Positions 50,435 to 61,266 of a stretch of DNA of 63,488 bases are shown piece by piece. Below the pieces are notes generated by a model, which made no database searches, had not been told where the DNA came from, and was given only the letters and a program-made list of their open reading frames with translations. Position 1 is the stretch's first letter. Every line of letters starts with the position of its first letter. Where the stretch lies: the NCBI GenBank assembly GCA_947085205.1, contig CAMTVO010000009.1:1-63488 (forward strand), in the 5' to 3' direction. The translations under genes and the position numbers were made by a program. This DNA comes from an uncultured Nitrospiraceae bacterium (lineage in GTDB: Bacteria; Nitrospirota; Thermodesulfovibrionia; Thermodesulfovibrionales; Dissulfurispiraceae).

Positions 50435-51316
50435 TTATAATAATCCTGCCCTTTCCATAATTGTCGGTACTTTATCTTCCATTCCGATGGCCATAATGTG
50501 GACACCGTCGCATACATTCTCTTCTTTGAGCTGCTTGATATGCCGCGCTGCTATATTTAATCCGGTGTCCAGCGCCTTTTCCTTACCGGCTGCCTTGAGT
50601 TCGTCTATAAGCTCCTGCGGCACTCTTATGCCCGGGACATTGTTGTTTATGAAATTGGCCATCCCTGCGCTCTTTAGAACAACAATTCCTGCAAGTATCT
50701 TTACAGGAAACTTCCTCGCATATTTCATAAACTCTTTAAACTTATTTATATCATAAATTGCCTGCGTTTGGAAGAATTTTGCGCCTGCCTTCACCTTTTT
50801 CTCGAATTTTATAAGCTGCGGCTCTATAGGATTTGCCTCCGGAGTTACGACAGCGCCCTGGAAAAAGTCTGTCGAGCCTTTCAGATCATTTCCGGCCATG
50901 TCTTTTCCATTATTCAGAGAATCGACAATATTGAGGAGTTGCACAGACTCTACATCGTAAACAGGCTTTGCCTGCTTGTGGTCTCCTGCAAGCACATAGT
51001 CTCCTGTCATGCAAAGGACATTCTTTATCCCGAGGATATTGGCGCCAAGAAGGTCTGACTGAAGCCCTATTCTGTTTCTGTCCCTGCATGTCATCTGAAG
51101 TATAGGCTCAACACCATGCTCAAGCGCTACTTTGCAGACTGCAAGAGAGCATATCCTCATCACGGCAGACTGATTATCTGTAACATTTAATGCATCGACC
51201 TTACCCTTTAAAAGCTCGATGTGGTGAATCATCTCCTTTATGTCGGTACCCTTTGGAGGGCCGACCTCTGCTGTAACTACAAATTTTCCTGAATTCAATG
51301 CCTCTCTGAAAACCAT
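50435..51316 (-). CDS. metF: Methylenetetrahydrofolate reductase
   Basis: PPKGTD, CRDRNRIGLQSDL, KKVKAGAKFFQTQ. Confidence 0.92.
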   Translation of the reverse strand: MVFREALNSGKFVVTAEVGPPKGTDIKEMIHHIELLKGKVDALNVTDNQSAVMRICSLAVCKVALEHGVEPILQMTCRDRNRIGLQSDLLGANILGIKNVLCMTGDYVLAGDHKQAKPVYDVESVQLLNIVDSLNNGKDMAGNDLKGSTDFFQGAVVTPEANPIEPQLIKFEKKVKAGAKFFQTQAIYDINKFKEFMKYARKFPVKILAGIVVLKSAGMANFINNNVPGIRVPQELIDELKAAGKEKALDTGLNIAARHIKQLKEENVCDGVHIMAIGMEDKVPTIMERAGLL

Positions 51317-51367
51317 CTTCTGTTATCCTCCTTCTCATCTTCTCAACTTCTTAGCTTCATCACTCCA

Positions 51368-52030
51368 TTACTTTTTACCTTCCCTTGTCACAAGAGTTCT
51401 CGGCTTTATGCCTGCAGACCAGTCCTTCGCCTCCATTGTCGTATCGCAAAGCTCCTGAAGCCTGTCAAGCCTTTTCATCCTTTCGTATATTCTCACCCAT
51501 GCGCATTTAATGTCTGGACTCACCTCGCATTTGCCGTCCTTGCACCCTCCGCAAGGCCCGTTTAAGATTCCTTTCGGGCATGCGGTTACAGGGCAAATGC
51601 CGCCTGTCTTGTCTAAAATGCACTTGCCGCAAAGCGAGCACCTCTCGTCAAAGAACTGAAGCCGCGTCATGTTTCCAAGGAAAAGGCTGTCATTCGTCGG
51701 ATATACAGGCTTGTCATCAAAGAGTTCCACTGCTGTCTGCGTCCCTGCGCCGCATGACATCACGAGGATGCAGTCGGCGTTATCGAGCGAATCTTTAAAG
51801 GGCTTCAGTTCAACCTTTGTGCCTAAAACCTGACAACCGGTTTTTGCAACGAATTTGCCTGCAACTTCCTTGCCCTGAGACTTTAATGCATCTTCCATCT
51901 CATTTAACTCATTTTCTCCGCCTGTTCCACAGAGTGTTGCACATTCTGAGCATCCGAGCAAAAAGAATCTCTTATAGTTCTTTATGTTTTCCATCAATTC
52001 TTTAAAATCACGCTTTTTGGTAATAATCAT
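51368..52030 (-). CDS. metV: MTHFR partner subunit (MetV-like, Cys-rich)
   Basis: CSECATLC, CSLCGKC, CPVTACPKGILNGPCGG. Confidence 0.85.
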   Translation of the reverse strand: MIITKKRDFKELMENIKNYKRFFLLGCSECATLCGTGGENELNEMEDALKSQGKEVAGKFVAKTGCQVLGTKVELKPFKDSLDNADCILVMSCGAGTQTAVELFDDKPVYPTNDSLFLGNMTRLQFFDERCSLCGKCILDKTGGICPVTACPKGILNGPCGGCKDGKCEVSPDIKCAWVRIYERMKRLDRLQELCDTTMEAKDWSAGIKPRTLVTREGKK

Positions 52031-52079
52031 CGTGCCTCCAAACTATTTAAACAATTTTGAACTACTTGAACCATTTTTA

Positions 52080-52988
52080 TTAATGTATTCCTGCATGAAG
52101 TTTTGCCGACTTCACCGTGTTCTTCATGAGCATTGTAATGGTCATGGGGCCGACACCGCCGGGCACAGGAGTGATCGCTCCTGCTATCTCTTTTGCTGCA
52201 TCGAAATCCACATCTCCCTTCAGGATGGGCACAGGTTTGCCGGTCTTTTCGCTTATCTTCTCCCCGACACGGTTGACGCCCACATCGATAACACAGGCCC
52301 CGGCCTTGATCCATTCAGGCTTCACCAGACCGGGGACGCCTGCAGCAACAATGAGAATATCCGCACGCTTGCAGTGGGCTTCGAGATTCTTTGTGCCGGT
52401 ATGCACAACGGTAACTGTGGCATTAGCGCCTCTTCCCTTCTGAAGCAGGATGTTTGCGATAGGTTTGCCGACGATATTGGAGCGGCCCACAACCACGACC
52501 TCGGCTCCTGAGGTTTCGAAACCGGAGCGCACGATCAATTCCTGAATGCCTGCAGGCGTGCAGGGGAGAAACTTTACTTCGTCGCCTCCGATCATAAGGC
52601 GTCCGACATTTACAGGATGAAAGCCGTCCACATCCTTGTCCGGATCAATAGCATTCAGAACCTTCTTCTCATCTATGTGCCTGGGAAGGGGAAGCTGGAC
52701 AAGTATGCCGTGTATCTTGGGATCCTTATTGTATTTGTCAATGAGTTTGAGAAGGTCTGCCTCGGAAATATCCTCGGGCTGGTCGTCCTGAATAGAGTAT
52801 AAACCGAGCTCGTGTGCGGTTTTCTGTTTGCCTGTAACATAGCTTACCGAGGCCGGGTTTTTTCCGACCAGTATCGTTACTAGACCCGGAACAATTCCGT
52901 GCTTCTCTTTCATTTCTGCGACTTCCTTTTTCATCTCTTCCCTTATCTGTGCTGCTATTTCGGTACCGCTGATGATTTTTGCTGACAT
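52080..52988 (-). CDS. folD: Methylene-THF dehydrogenase/cyclohydrolase
   Basis: VQLPLP, KDVDGFHP, PCTP, GRSNIVGKP, TPVPGGVGPMT. Confidence 0.97.
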   Translation of the reverse strand: MSAKIISGTEIAAQIREEMKKEVAEMKEKHGIVPGLVTILVGKNPASVSYVTGKQKTAHELGLYSIQDDQPEDISEADLLKLIDKYNKDPKIHGILVQLPLPRHIDEKKVLNAIDPDKDVDGFHPVNVGRLMIGGDEVKFLPCTPAGIQELIVRSGFETSGAEVVVVGRSNIVGKPIANILLQKGRGANATVTVVHTGTKNLEAHCKRADILIVAAGVPGLVKPEWIKAGACVIDVGVNRVGEKISEKTGKPVPILKGDVDFDAAKEIAGAITPVPGGVGPMTITMLMKNTVKSAKLHAGIH

Positions 52989-53022
52989 TGCTCCTCCCTT
53001 TATTTTAATTAAGAATTATAAA

Positions 53023-53595
53023 TTATGAATCTTTTTTAATTAGCGATAGCATTTCCTCCCTTGTGCTCTGCTTGCTCCTGAATATTCCACGGACCGCTGA
53101 TGTAACCGTCCTGGAACCTGGTTTTTTTATGCCCCTCATGCTCATACAGAGATGTTCTGCATCAATAACAACCATGCAGCCCCTCGGTCTGAGTTTATCC
53201 ATAATCATATCAGCAAGCTGGGCTGTCAATCTTTCCTGAACCTGCGGCCTCTTGGCAAGATGTTCAAGCGCCTTTGCGAGCTCGCTGAGTCCTACTATCC
53301 TGCCTGAAGGTATATATGCAATATGAGCCTTTCCTATAAATGGCAATAGATGATGTTCGCACACAGAATAAAAGGGAATATCCTTAAGCAATACCATCTC
53401 ATCGTGGCTCTCGCCCTCTATAGGCTTCAGCAGATCCTCCTCAGGGGTTTCAAGCCCTGCGAATATCTCGGCAAACATCTTTGCCACACGCCTCGGCGTG
53501 TCTTTAATGCCCGGACGTTCCCTGTCCTCGCCTATGCCCTCAAGGATCAGTCTTACGCCTTCTTCAATCTTTTTACTATCCATCTTATTGGCCAC
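53023..53595 (-). CDS. folE: GTP cyclohydrolase I
   Basis: [30 protein letters not shown]. Confidence 0.96.
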   Translation of the reverse strand: MANKMDSKKIEEGVRLILEGIGEDRERPGIKDTPRRVAKMFAEIFAGLETPEEDLLKPIEGESHDEMVLLKDIPFYSVCEHHLLPFIGKAHIAYIPSGRIVGLSELAKALEHLAKRPQVQERLTAQLADMIMDKLRPRGCMVVIDAEHLCMSMRGIKKPGSRTVTSAVRGIFRSKQSTREEMLSLIKKDS

Positions 53596-54226
53596 AACAC
53601 TCTATAATCCTTTTATCAGTTATTATCTTATCCATCCTTATATCATGCAATTCAGAAGGTATTAACTCCACAATCTGCTCTTCATAAGCAATCGCAATTA
53701 CTCCCTTGACCCTTGACCCCTGCGCTTTAATATATCCCTTGACCCTCATCAATAATTTATCATAAAAGCCTTTGCCATATCCCAGCCTGTTGCAATGTTC
53801 GTCAAAGGCAACTCCTGGAACAACTATTAAATCAATATCCTCTATATTCATCCTTCTATCTTCAGAAACATTCGGCTCAGGTATTCCAAGATAGCCTGGA
53901 ACAAGTTCATTTATATCCCTTATCTCATAAAGCATGATCTCTTTTCTCTGTTTGTCTACCTTCGGCAGCACAGTAACTTTGCCGTTTGCGATACAGTATT
54001 TTATCAAATCAATGGTATCGACTTCGCTTCTGAAAGAGGCATATAAAAGAATTTTATGAGAGGTCTTAAACTCAGAAAAGCCGAACAGCGTCTCCCGGAT
54101 TTTTCCGTCCTTGTCTTTTTTGATCTCCTCACTGATGAAATCCCTTCTTAATAAGACATATCTTCTTATGGAAAACTTGTCTGATAGTAATCCAGAATCC
54201 CTATGTTCTTCCGAGACGGCTTTCAA
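53585..54226 (-). CDS. 5-formyltetrahydrofolate cyclo-ligase
   Basis: [27 protein letters not shown]; start uncertain. Confidence 0.9.
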   Translation of the reverse strand: MKAVSEEHRDSGLLSDKFSIRRYVLLRRDFISEEIKKDKDGKIRETLFGFSEFKTSHKILLYASFRSEVDTIDLIKYCIANGKVTVLPKVDKQRKEIMLYEIRDINELVPGYLGIPEPNVSEDRRMNIEDIDLIVVPGVAFDEHCNRLGYGKGFYDKLLMRVKGYIKAQGSRVKGVIAIAYEEQIVELIPSELHDIRMDKIITDKRIIECCGQ

Positions 54227-54983
54227 GCTTTTCCTTTATCACGCTGACTTCTTCAACGACTTCCGATGCGGCACTGAAAGGCGAATCTCCCCTGACATCT
54301 GCATCCATAACAGACTGGCTGAACCTTACTGCGCCTAAAAACTCCATGTCCCTGATATATTCCTTTAAAAAAGCAATATCGCTTTCGCTCCTTACTTTAT
54401 TTGCAACAACAAAGACATTCTTCACGCCGAGGTCCTTTGCCATTTCCCTCACGGTATTTGCTGTCTGGATACTTCTTTGTCCCGGCTCCACAACAACGAT
54501 AAATGCATCCACTGCCTCTGCTGTGCCCCTTGTGAGATGCTCTATTCCTGCCTCCATATCGACCACAACGACCTCATCTCTCTCAATTACAAGATGTTTC
54601 AGCAGTCTCCTTAAAAGGACATTTTCGGGGCAGTAGCAGCCTGATGCGGCAGCCTTTGACCTTCCTGTAACAAGCAGGGTAATACCGTTGAACTTGTATC
54701 CTATTTCTTCCGGAAGGTCGTCGACCTTTGGGTTCAGCTTGAATATTCCCCCCATGCTTCCCGGTTTTGCACCTGTCCTCTCTTCTATCAACTCGGGCAT
54801 GTCCGCGATAGGTCTTATCTTTTGCATATCATCAGCCTTAATTCCCAATGCCTGAGCAAGATTTGCATCAGGGTCTGCATCGACAGCAATCACCCTTTTC
54901 CCGTCCGCTGCAAACAGATGGCTCAAAACCGCAGAAAGAGTCGTTTTCCCGACGCCCCCCTTGCCTGTAACCGCAATCTTCAT
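54201..54983 (-). CDS. cooC: CooC/AcsF-type nickel-insertion ATPase
   Basis: GKGGVGKTT, DADPDANL, GCYCP, DMEAGIEHL. Confidence 0.88.
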   Translation of the reverse strand: MKIAVTGKGGVGKTTLSAVLSHLFAADGKRVIAVDADPDANLAQALGIKADDMQKIRPIADMPELIEERTGAKPGSMGGIFKLNPKVDDLPEEIGYKFNGITLLVTGRSKAAASGCYCPENVLLRRLLKHLVIERDEVVVVDMEAGIEHLTRGTAEAVDAFIVVVEPGQRSIQTANTVREMAKDLGVKNVFVVANKVRSESDIAFLKEYIRDMEFLGAVRFSQSVMDADVRGDSPFSAASEVVEEVSVIKEKLESRLGRT

Positions 54984-55042
54984 AGTCCGAAAATTATAAC
55001 ACACTCATTTACCCATTCACCAATATTATGTTATCATTTCCT

Positions 55043-56263
55043 ATGGAAGCCAAGAAAATCGCACCAAAAGAGCTTATTGCCAATTTGCTGAATGACTCGG
55101 AGCGTTACCTGATGCACACCTACACCCGCCAGCCTGTAGCTCTCAGAAAAGGCCGCGGTATAAAGGTTTGGGGCGCTGACGGAAAGGAGTATCTCGACTT
55201 TGTCGGCGGCATTGCGGTAAATGTGCTCGGACACTGCCATCCGAAGGTCGTCATAGCGCTGCAGAAACAGGCACAGAGATTGCTCCATGTATCGAACCTT
55301 TACTACATCGAGCCGCAGATAAAGCTCGCAAAACTGCTCTGCACACACTCATTTGCAGACAAGGTCTTTTTCTGCAATTCGGGTGCAGAGGCCAATGAGG
55401 CAGCAATAAAGCTAACAAGGAAATATGCAAAGGAACACCACGGACAGGAACGTTTTGAAATTATAACAGCGCTGAACTCATTTCACGGTAGAACGCTCGC
55501 AACCGTGACGGCCACAGGACAGGAGAAATTCCAGAAGGGATTCGAGCCTCTTATGCCCGGATTCAGATATGTGCCGTTCAACGACATAAATGCGCTTGAA
55601 TCCGCAATAAATCAGAACACCTGCGCGATTATGCTCGAACCGATTCAGGGAGAGGGGGGAGTAAAAATTCCTTCGGATGATTATCTTAAAAAAGTGAGGG
55701 AAGTCTGCGACAGAAACGGACTCCTTCTGATTTTAGACGAGGTCCAGACAGGAATGGGAAGGACAGGAAAGCTCTTTGCCTATGAGCATTACGGCATAAC
55801 GCCTGATATAATGACCCTTGCTAAAGGGCTTGGAGGGGGAGCGCCCATCGGCGCAATGCTTGCTACAGAAAAGGTAGCATCGGCATTTCAGCCCGGCAAC
55901 CATGCCTCGACCTTCGGCGGAAATCCTCTTGTCTGTGCGGCAGCAATAGCAACGCTTGAAACAATCTTAGAGGATGGATTTATTTTAGACCATTGTAATA
56001 GGATAGGCGGATATTTCATAGAAAAATTAGAGATTCTTAAAGATAATTATCCGGAGCAGATTGTGGATATAAGGGGAAAGGGGTTAATTGTTGCTCTGGA
56101 ACTAACGAGAGACGGAACGCCTATAGTCAAGGCATGTCTCGAAAAAGGCATCCTGATAAACTGCACCGCAGGCAATGTCCTGCGCTTTACTCCGCCCCTT
56201 ATTGTGGAAGAAAAAGATATCGACCATCTGGTGGATATCATGGAGGAGGTTCTATCAAAATGA
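55043..56263 (+). CDS. argD: Acetylornithine aminotransferase
   Basis: NSGAEANE, SFHGRT, DEVQTG, AKGLGGG. Confidence 0.93.
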   Translation: MEAKKIAPKELIANLLNDSERYLMHTYTRQPVALRKGRGIKVWGADGKEYLDFVGGIAVNVLGHCHPKVVIALQKQAQRLLHVSNLYYIEPQIKLAKLLCTHSFADKVFFCNSGAEANEAAIKLTRKYAKEHHGQERFEIITALNSFHGRTLATVTATGQEKFQKGFEPLMPGFRYVPFNDINALESAINQNTCAIMLEPIQGEGGVKIPSDDYLKKVREVCDRNGLLLILDEVQTGMGRTGKLFAYEHYGITPDIMTLAKGLGGGAPIGAMLATEKVASAFQPGNHASTFGGNPLVCAAAIATLETILEDGFILDHCNRIGGYFIEKLEILKDNYPEQIVDIRGKGLIVALELTRDGTPIVKACLEKGILINCTAGNVLRFTPPLIVEEKDIDHLVDIMEEVLSK

Positions 56264-57174
56264 CAGACAAAAGAGATTTTCTTACAATATGGGATTTGAC
56301 AAGGGAAGAGATAGAAGGCCTTATTAGACGGGCAATAGAATTAAAATCGGGTGCGGACAAGAGTAAGTGTCCGCTTATAGGCAAAAGCATAGGGCTGTTT
56401 TTTGAGAAGCCTTCCACAAGGACAAGGGTCTCCTTCGAGGTTGGCATATACCAGTTAGGCGGACAATCCATATACCTGAATCCGAAAGAGATACAGTTAG
56501 GCAGGGGAGAAAGCATTGCGGACACGGCAAGGGTTTTGTCCAGATATTTAAACGGCACAATCTTAAGGACATACACGCACTCTTCTGTTGAGGAATTTGC
56601 ATCGCACGCTGCAGTGCCTGTGATAAACGGGCTTTCTGACTTGCACCATCCATGCCAGGCCCTTGCTGACCTTATGACCATCATGGAAAAGAAAGGAAAA
56701 CTGAAAGGAATCCGCCTTGCTTACATAGGAGACGGCAATAATGTCGCTAACTCTCTGATCGAGGCTGCGGCAATGACAGGAATCGATATGACAATAGCAT
56801 GCCCCGAAGGCTATGAGCCTGACCCTGACGTCCTCGACAGGGCAAGAGGTAGCAAGGATGCAGGAGACATCATAATCCTCAGAAATCCGAAAGAGGCTGC
56901 AGGCAGGGCGGATGTGATTTATACGGATGTTTGGGTAAGCATGGGACAGGAAGAAGAGGCAGAAAAGAAAAAGTCGAAATTTAAAAATTACCAGATAAAC
57001 AGCCAGTTATTGCAGTGCGCTAAAAGCGATGCAATCGTCCTTCACTGCCTTCCTGCACACAGGGGGCAAGAGATTACGGATAAAGTCATGGACGGGCCGA
57101 ACAGCGCTGTCTTTGACCAGGCAGAAAACAGGCTGCATACGGAAAAGGCGCTATTGGAGTTTCTAATACGGTAA
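56260..57174 (+). CDS. argF: Ornithine carbamoyltransferase
   Basis: STRTRVSF, HPCQALAD, HCLPAHRG. Confidence 0.96.
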   Translation: MTDKRDFLTIWDLTREEIEGLIRRAIELKSGADKSKCPLIGKSIGLFFEKPSTRTRVSFEVGIYQLGGQSIYLNPKEIQLGRGESIADTARVLSRYLNGTILRTYTHSSVEEFASHAAVPVINGLSDLHHPCQALADLMTIMEKKGKLKGIRLAYIGDGNNVANSLIEAAAMTGIDMTIACPEGYEPDPDVLDRARGSKDAGDIIILRNPKEAAGRADVIYTDVWVSMGQEEEAEKKKSKFKNYQINSQLLQCAKSDAIVLHCLPAHRGQEITDKVMDGPNSAVFDQAENRLHTEKALLEFLIR

Positions 57175-57267
57175 ACCCTCTCGTTTCCTTGACTTCAATC
57201 ACACCTCTTTTATAAAATATTCAATTAGTCGCTAATTAACGTTTAATGACAAGGCTTCGGAGGATAA

Positions 57268-57720
57268 ATGCTCATCGCTGTCGGTTCCGACCACGCAGGG
57301 CTTGAGATAAAGATAGAAATAATCTCGGTATTAAAAGAGTTAGGACACGAATACGCCGATTACGGCACAAACACCCCGCAATCCGTTGACTATCCCGACT
57401 TTGGAGAAAAGGTCTCGGATGCGGTATCAGCAGGAAAGGTCGACAGGGGAATACTCATATGCGGCACCGGAATAGGCATGTCAATCGTTGCAAACAAGTT
57501 CCCGAATATCCGCGCTGCGGTATGCAATGAGCTTTTCTCAGCAAAAATGAGCAGGCTGCATAACGATGCAAATATCCTTGTGCTCGGTGGAAGGATTATA
57601 GGCAAAGACCTCGCAAAGGAGATTGTAAGGACATGGATGACAACCCCGTTTGAAGGCGGAAGGCATGCAAACAGGCTTAAGAAAATCACTCTCATCGAGG
57701 AAAAGACAGCAAGAAAATGA
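57268..57720 (+). CDS. rpiB: Ribose-5-phosphate isomerase B
   Basis: SDHAG, CGTGIG, HNDAN, FEGGRH. Confidence 0.95.
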   Translation: MLIAVGSDHAGLEIKIEIISVLKELGHEYADYGTNTPQSVDYPDFGEKVSDAVSAGKVDRGILICGTGIGMSIVANKFPNIRAAVCNELFSAKMSRLHNDANILVLGGRIIGKDLAKEIVRTWMTTPFEGGRHANRLKKITLIEEKTARK

Positions 57721-58955
57721 ATCTCGAAAATCTGAAGGCAATAGACCAGGATATCTACGACACAATCATTAAAGAGACCGAAAGGGAGCAAAACAAAATC
57801 CTCTTAATCGCATCAGAAAACTATGCAAGCCGCGCAGTGCTTGAAGCGCAAGGCTCTGTATTCACGAACAAATATGCAGAAGGCTATCCGAACAAGAGAT
57901 ACTACGGCGGCTGCGAATACGCAGACATAGTCGAAAGACTTGCCATAGACAGGGCAAAGGAGATATTCGGAGCAGAGCATGTGAATGTTCAGCCCCATTC
58001 AGGCACACAGGCAAACATGGCGGTATATTTTTCATTCTTAAAACCGGGTGATACAATTCTCGGAATGAATTTGGCACACGGAGGACATCTCTCACACGGC
58101 GCATCAGTCAATTTCACAGGCATGCTTTATAAGGCAGTCTCTTACGGCGTAAATAAAGATACAGGCTATATAGAGATGGACGAGGTAAGAAGGCTCACTC
58201 ACGAACACAAACCGAAAATGATAGTTGTCGGTGCAAGCGCATATTCGCGCATAATCGATTTCAAGGCATTTTCTGATATAGCAAAAGAAGTCGGAGCGTA
58301 TCTCATGGCAGATATAGCACACATTGCAGGACTGATTGCCGCTGGACAGCATCCGTCGCCTATTCCATATGCAGATTTCGTTACATCCACAACGCATAAG
58401 ACCCTGAGAGGGCCGAGGGGCGGCATGATTATGTGCAAGGCGGAATACGCAAAGGCAGTTGATAAGATGATATTTCCCGGAATACAGGGAGGCCCGCTTG
58501 TCCATGTAATCGCCGCAAAGGCTGTTGCATTTAAAGAGGCTTTGGGTCAGGAGTTCAAGGAATACCAGAAAAATGTTGTAAGCAATGCCAAGAAGCTTGC
58601 GGCAGGACTTATAAAAAGAGGATTCAGGATAATATCAGGCGGCACCGACAATCACCTGATGCTCGTGGATTTGAACAGCATGAATGTAACAGGCAAAGAG
58701 GCGGAAGATAAGCTGGACAAGGCGGGAATAACAGCAAATAAAAACTCCATTCCTTACGACGACAAGCCTCCGACAATAACAAGCGGCATAAGGCTCGGAA
58801 CGTCGTCCATAACCACAAGGGGAATGGGCGATTCTGAAATGGATGAGATAGCGGACATAATATCAAATGTCATTCGGAACATAAACAATCCTTCTGTAAT
58901 AGCTGACATGAACATAAGGGTAAAGACCCTTTGTGACAGGCATCCCATTTATTGA
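57717..58955 (+). CDS. glyA: Serine hydroxymethyltransferase
   Basis: [26 protein letters not shown]. Confidence 0.97.
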   Translation: MNLENLKAIDQDIYDTIIKETEREQNKILLIASENYASRAVLEAQGSVFTNKYAEGYPNKRYYGGCEYADIVERLAIDRAKEIFGAEHVNVQPHSGTQANMAVYFSFLKPGDTILGMNLAHGGHLSHGASVNFTGMLYKAVSYGVNKDTGYIEMDEVRRLTHEHKPKMIVVGASAYSRIIDFKAFSDIAKEVGAYLMADIAHIAGLIAAGQHPSPIPYADFVTSTTHKTLRGPRGGMIMCKAEYAKAVDKMIFPGIQGGPLVHVIAAKAVAFKEALGQEFKEYQKNVVSNAKKLAAGLIKRGFRIISGGTDNHLMLVDLNSMNVTGKEAEDKLDKAGITANKNSIPYDDKPPTITSGIRLGTSSITTRGMGDSEMDEIADIISNVIRNINNPSVIADMNIRVKTLCDRHPIY

Positions 58956-58957
58956 TC

Positions 58958-59422
58958 ATGAAATGCCCTTTTTGCGGAAGCATCGAAGACAAAGTAATCG
59001 ATTCAAGAGCGAGCAAGGAAGGGGATGTCATCAGAAGAAGAAGGGAATGCCTGAAGTGCGAGCAGCGCTTCACCTCATACGAAAGGGTCGAAGACCCGTT
59101 CCCGATGGTGATTAAAAAAGACGGAAGCCGCGAATTCTTCGACGGCCACAAAATCCTCACAGGGCTCAAAAAGGCATGCGAGAAACGCCCTATTCCCATC
59201 ACAAAGCTCGAAGATATAGAGAAGAGCATCGAAAAGAAATTGATGGGGCTGAACGTAAAAGAAGTGCAGAGCTCTTGGATAGGCGAGGAGATTATGTCGG
59301 CATTAAAAGACCTCGACAAAGTGGCTTATGTGAGATTCGCCTCTGTTTACAGGCAGTTTAAGGACATAAACGACCTCATGGAAGAGGTAAAGGGGCTGTT
59401 CGAAACAAAAAAAAGTGAATAG
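58958..59422 (+). CDS. nrdR: Transcriptional repressor NrdR
   Basis: CPFC..VIDSR..RRRREC, AYVRFASVY. Confidence 0.96.
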   Translation: MKCPFCGSIEDKVIDSRASKEGDVIRRRRECLKCEQRFTSYERVEDPFPMVIKKDGSREFFDGHKILTGLKKACEKRPIPITKLEDIEKSIEKKLMGLNVKEVQSSWIGEEIMSALKDLDKVAYVRFASVYRQFKDINDLMEEVKGLFETKKSE

Positions 59423-59504
59423 TGAACAGTGAATAGTTTAGACGGAAAATATTCCATTTTTTACTGCCTTTTGTTTATACTAATTACTATTCACTGTATT
59501 TGAT

Positions 59505-59578
59505 TGGGGAGTCGTCCAACGGCAGGACGGCAGACTCTGGATCTGCTTATAGGGGTTCGAATCCTCTCTCCCCAGCCA
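59505..59578 (+). tRNA. tRNA-Gln(CTG)
   Basis: TGGGGAG acceptor stem, GCAGA-CTCTGGA-TCTGC anticodon arm, GGTTCGAATCC, CCA. Confidence 0.95.
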
Positions 59579-59581
59579 TGT

Positions 59582-59657
59582 GGTCCCATCGTCTAGAGGC
59601 CTAGGACGTGGCCCTCTCAAGGCTAAAACACGGGTTCGAATCCCGTTGGGACTGCCA
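59582..59657 (+). tRNA. tRNA-Glu(CTC)
   Basis: GGTCCCA acceptor stem, loop CTCTCAA, GGTTCGAATCC, CCA. Confidence 0.95.
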
Positions 59658-59752
59658 AATCTTTCTAAATAAAAACCTTTAAAAAGGCTTCTTAAAATTT
59701 GAAACCTGCCCGATTTTAGGCTATAATTTTCAAAACGAACACAGAGGAGCAT

Positions 59753-60847
59753 ATGATAAAAGAAATCCAAGAAATCGGCCCTTCAAAGGTAATCCAGTTA
59801 TTCTTCCCTGTCTCCAATTTCCGTGCAATAGTTGTTGTGGACAACACTGCCCTTGGACCTTCCATAGGAGGAGTGAGGGTATCCCCTGATGTTACTGTTG
59901 AAGAAGTGAGAAGGCTTGCCAGAACCATGACAATGAAGAACTCCATTGCAGAGCTTCCCCACGGCGGAGGAAAGGCAGGAATCATCGCCGACCCTAAAAA
60001 CCCTAAAAAAGAGCACTACTTCAGAATATTCGCGCAGGCCATAAAAGATTTACATGAATACATTCCAGGTCCTGACATGGGAAGCAATGAAGAATGCATG
60101 GCATGGATACAAGACGAAATAGGCAGGGTTGCTGGACTGCCTGAAGAGATGATAGGAGGACTTCCACTTGACAAGCTTGGTGCAACAGGGCTTGGATTGG
60201 CAGAATGTGCAGAGGTTGCATGTCCATACGCAAATGTTGAATTAAAAGGCGCACAGGTCGTAATTCAGGGCTTTGGAAGCGTTGGTAAGGCTGCTGCAAA
60301 ATTTCTCTCAGAAAAGGGCGCTGTCATCATTGCGGCAAGTGACACAATGGGAAGCATATGCAATCCTGACGGGCTTGATGTAAAAGAGTTAATTGATATA
60401 AAAGAAAATACTGGAAGCGTCATAAATTACAAAAAGGGAACTGTCAAAAAATGTGAAGAGTTATTTTTGACACCATGCGATATCCTTATCCCTGCTGCAA
60501 CACCTGATGTGATAAATAAAGACAATGTTGATAAAATAGAGGCAAAACTGATACTTCAAGGTGCAAATATTCCCGCAACAATAGAAGCAGAAGAAATACT
60601 CCATAAAAAGAGAATACTCTCAATCCCTGATTTTATTGCCAATGCAGGCGGCGTAATAATGGCTGCCGCAGAATATGCAAAGAAATCAGAGAAAGAGGCG
60701 TTCGACGCAATATCTGGGAGGATAAAGAAAAACACAAAATTAATCCTCGAAAAGACCTTCAAGGAGAATGTCCTTCCGAGGCAGGCAGCAGAAGCTATTG
60801 CAAAGGAAAGGGTGTTAAAGGCAATGGCGTATAAGAGGATTTTATAG
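59753..60847 (+). CDS. Glu/Leu/Phe/Val dehydrogenase
   Basis: GGVR, MTMKN, GGGKAG, PGPDMG, QGFGSVG, PDFIANAGGV. Confidence 0.92.
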   Translation: MIKEIQEIGPSKVIQLFFPVSNFRAIVVVDNTALGPSIGGVRVSPDVTVEEVRRLARTMTMKNSIAELPHGGGKAGIIADPKNPKKEHYFRIFAQAIKDLHEYIPGPDMGSNEECMAWIQDEIGRVAGLPEEMIGGLPLDKLGATGLGLAECAEVACPYANVELKGAQVVIQGFGSVGKAAAKFLSEKGAVIIAASDTMGSICNPDGLDVKELIDIKENTGSVINYKKGTVKKCEELFLTPCDILIPAATPDVINKDNVDKIEAKLILQGANIPATIEAEEILHKKRILSIPDFIANAGGVIMAAAEYAKKSEKEAFDAISGRIKKNTKLILEKTFKENVLPRQAAEAIAKERVLKAMAYKRIL

Positions 60848-60908
60848 GATATATCCACAGTCACTCATTCAAAGACTAAATAATCTATCAATTCCATAAA
60901 ATTTTTGT

Positions 60909-60969
60909 TTGACATTTTAAAATATTTAATTTAAGATTATTATCGCATTCCGTTATCGGGTTTAGATAT
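60909..60969 (+). promoter_or_regulatory. sigma70 promoter and probable PadR operator
   Basis: TTGACA-17-TAAGAT, then two imperfect TATCG-N5-CGATA boxes. Confidence 0.6.
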
Positions 60970-61266
60970 ATGATAAGAGATTTCTTTCTGGGATTTATAA
61001 AAATTCACATCCTGCACCATGCAGCAAAAGAGCCTGTTTATGGTCTATGGCTTATTGAGGAGCTTAGTCGGCATGGATATAAGCTAAGTCCTGGCACGCT
61101 GTATCCCATACTACACAAACTTGAACAGGAAAAACTCTTAAAGTCTTATTCTGAAAATGTTGATGGAAAGATAAGGAAATATTACAGAACAACCCCCAGA
61201 GGGTTAAAGACTTTAACAAAGATTAAAAACAAGGTTAGCGAACTCATAAAGGAGATAATGGATTGA
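60970..61266 (+). CDS. PadR-family regulator
   Basis: YGLWLIEEL, SPGTLYPILHKLE, RKYY. Confidence 0.9.
   Translation: MIRDFFLGFIKIHILHHAAKEPVYGLWLIEELSRHGYKLSPGTLYPILHKLEQEKLLKSYSENVDGKIRKYYRTTPRGLKTLTKIKNKVSELIKEIMD

Noticed and set aside
59480..59770. 96-aa minus-strand ORF
   Set aside because: Antisense shadow of tRNA-Gln and tRNA-Glu
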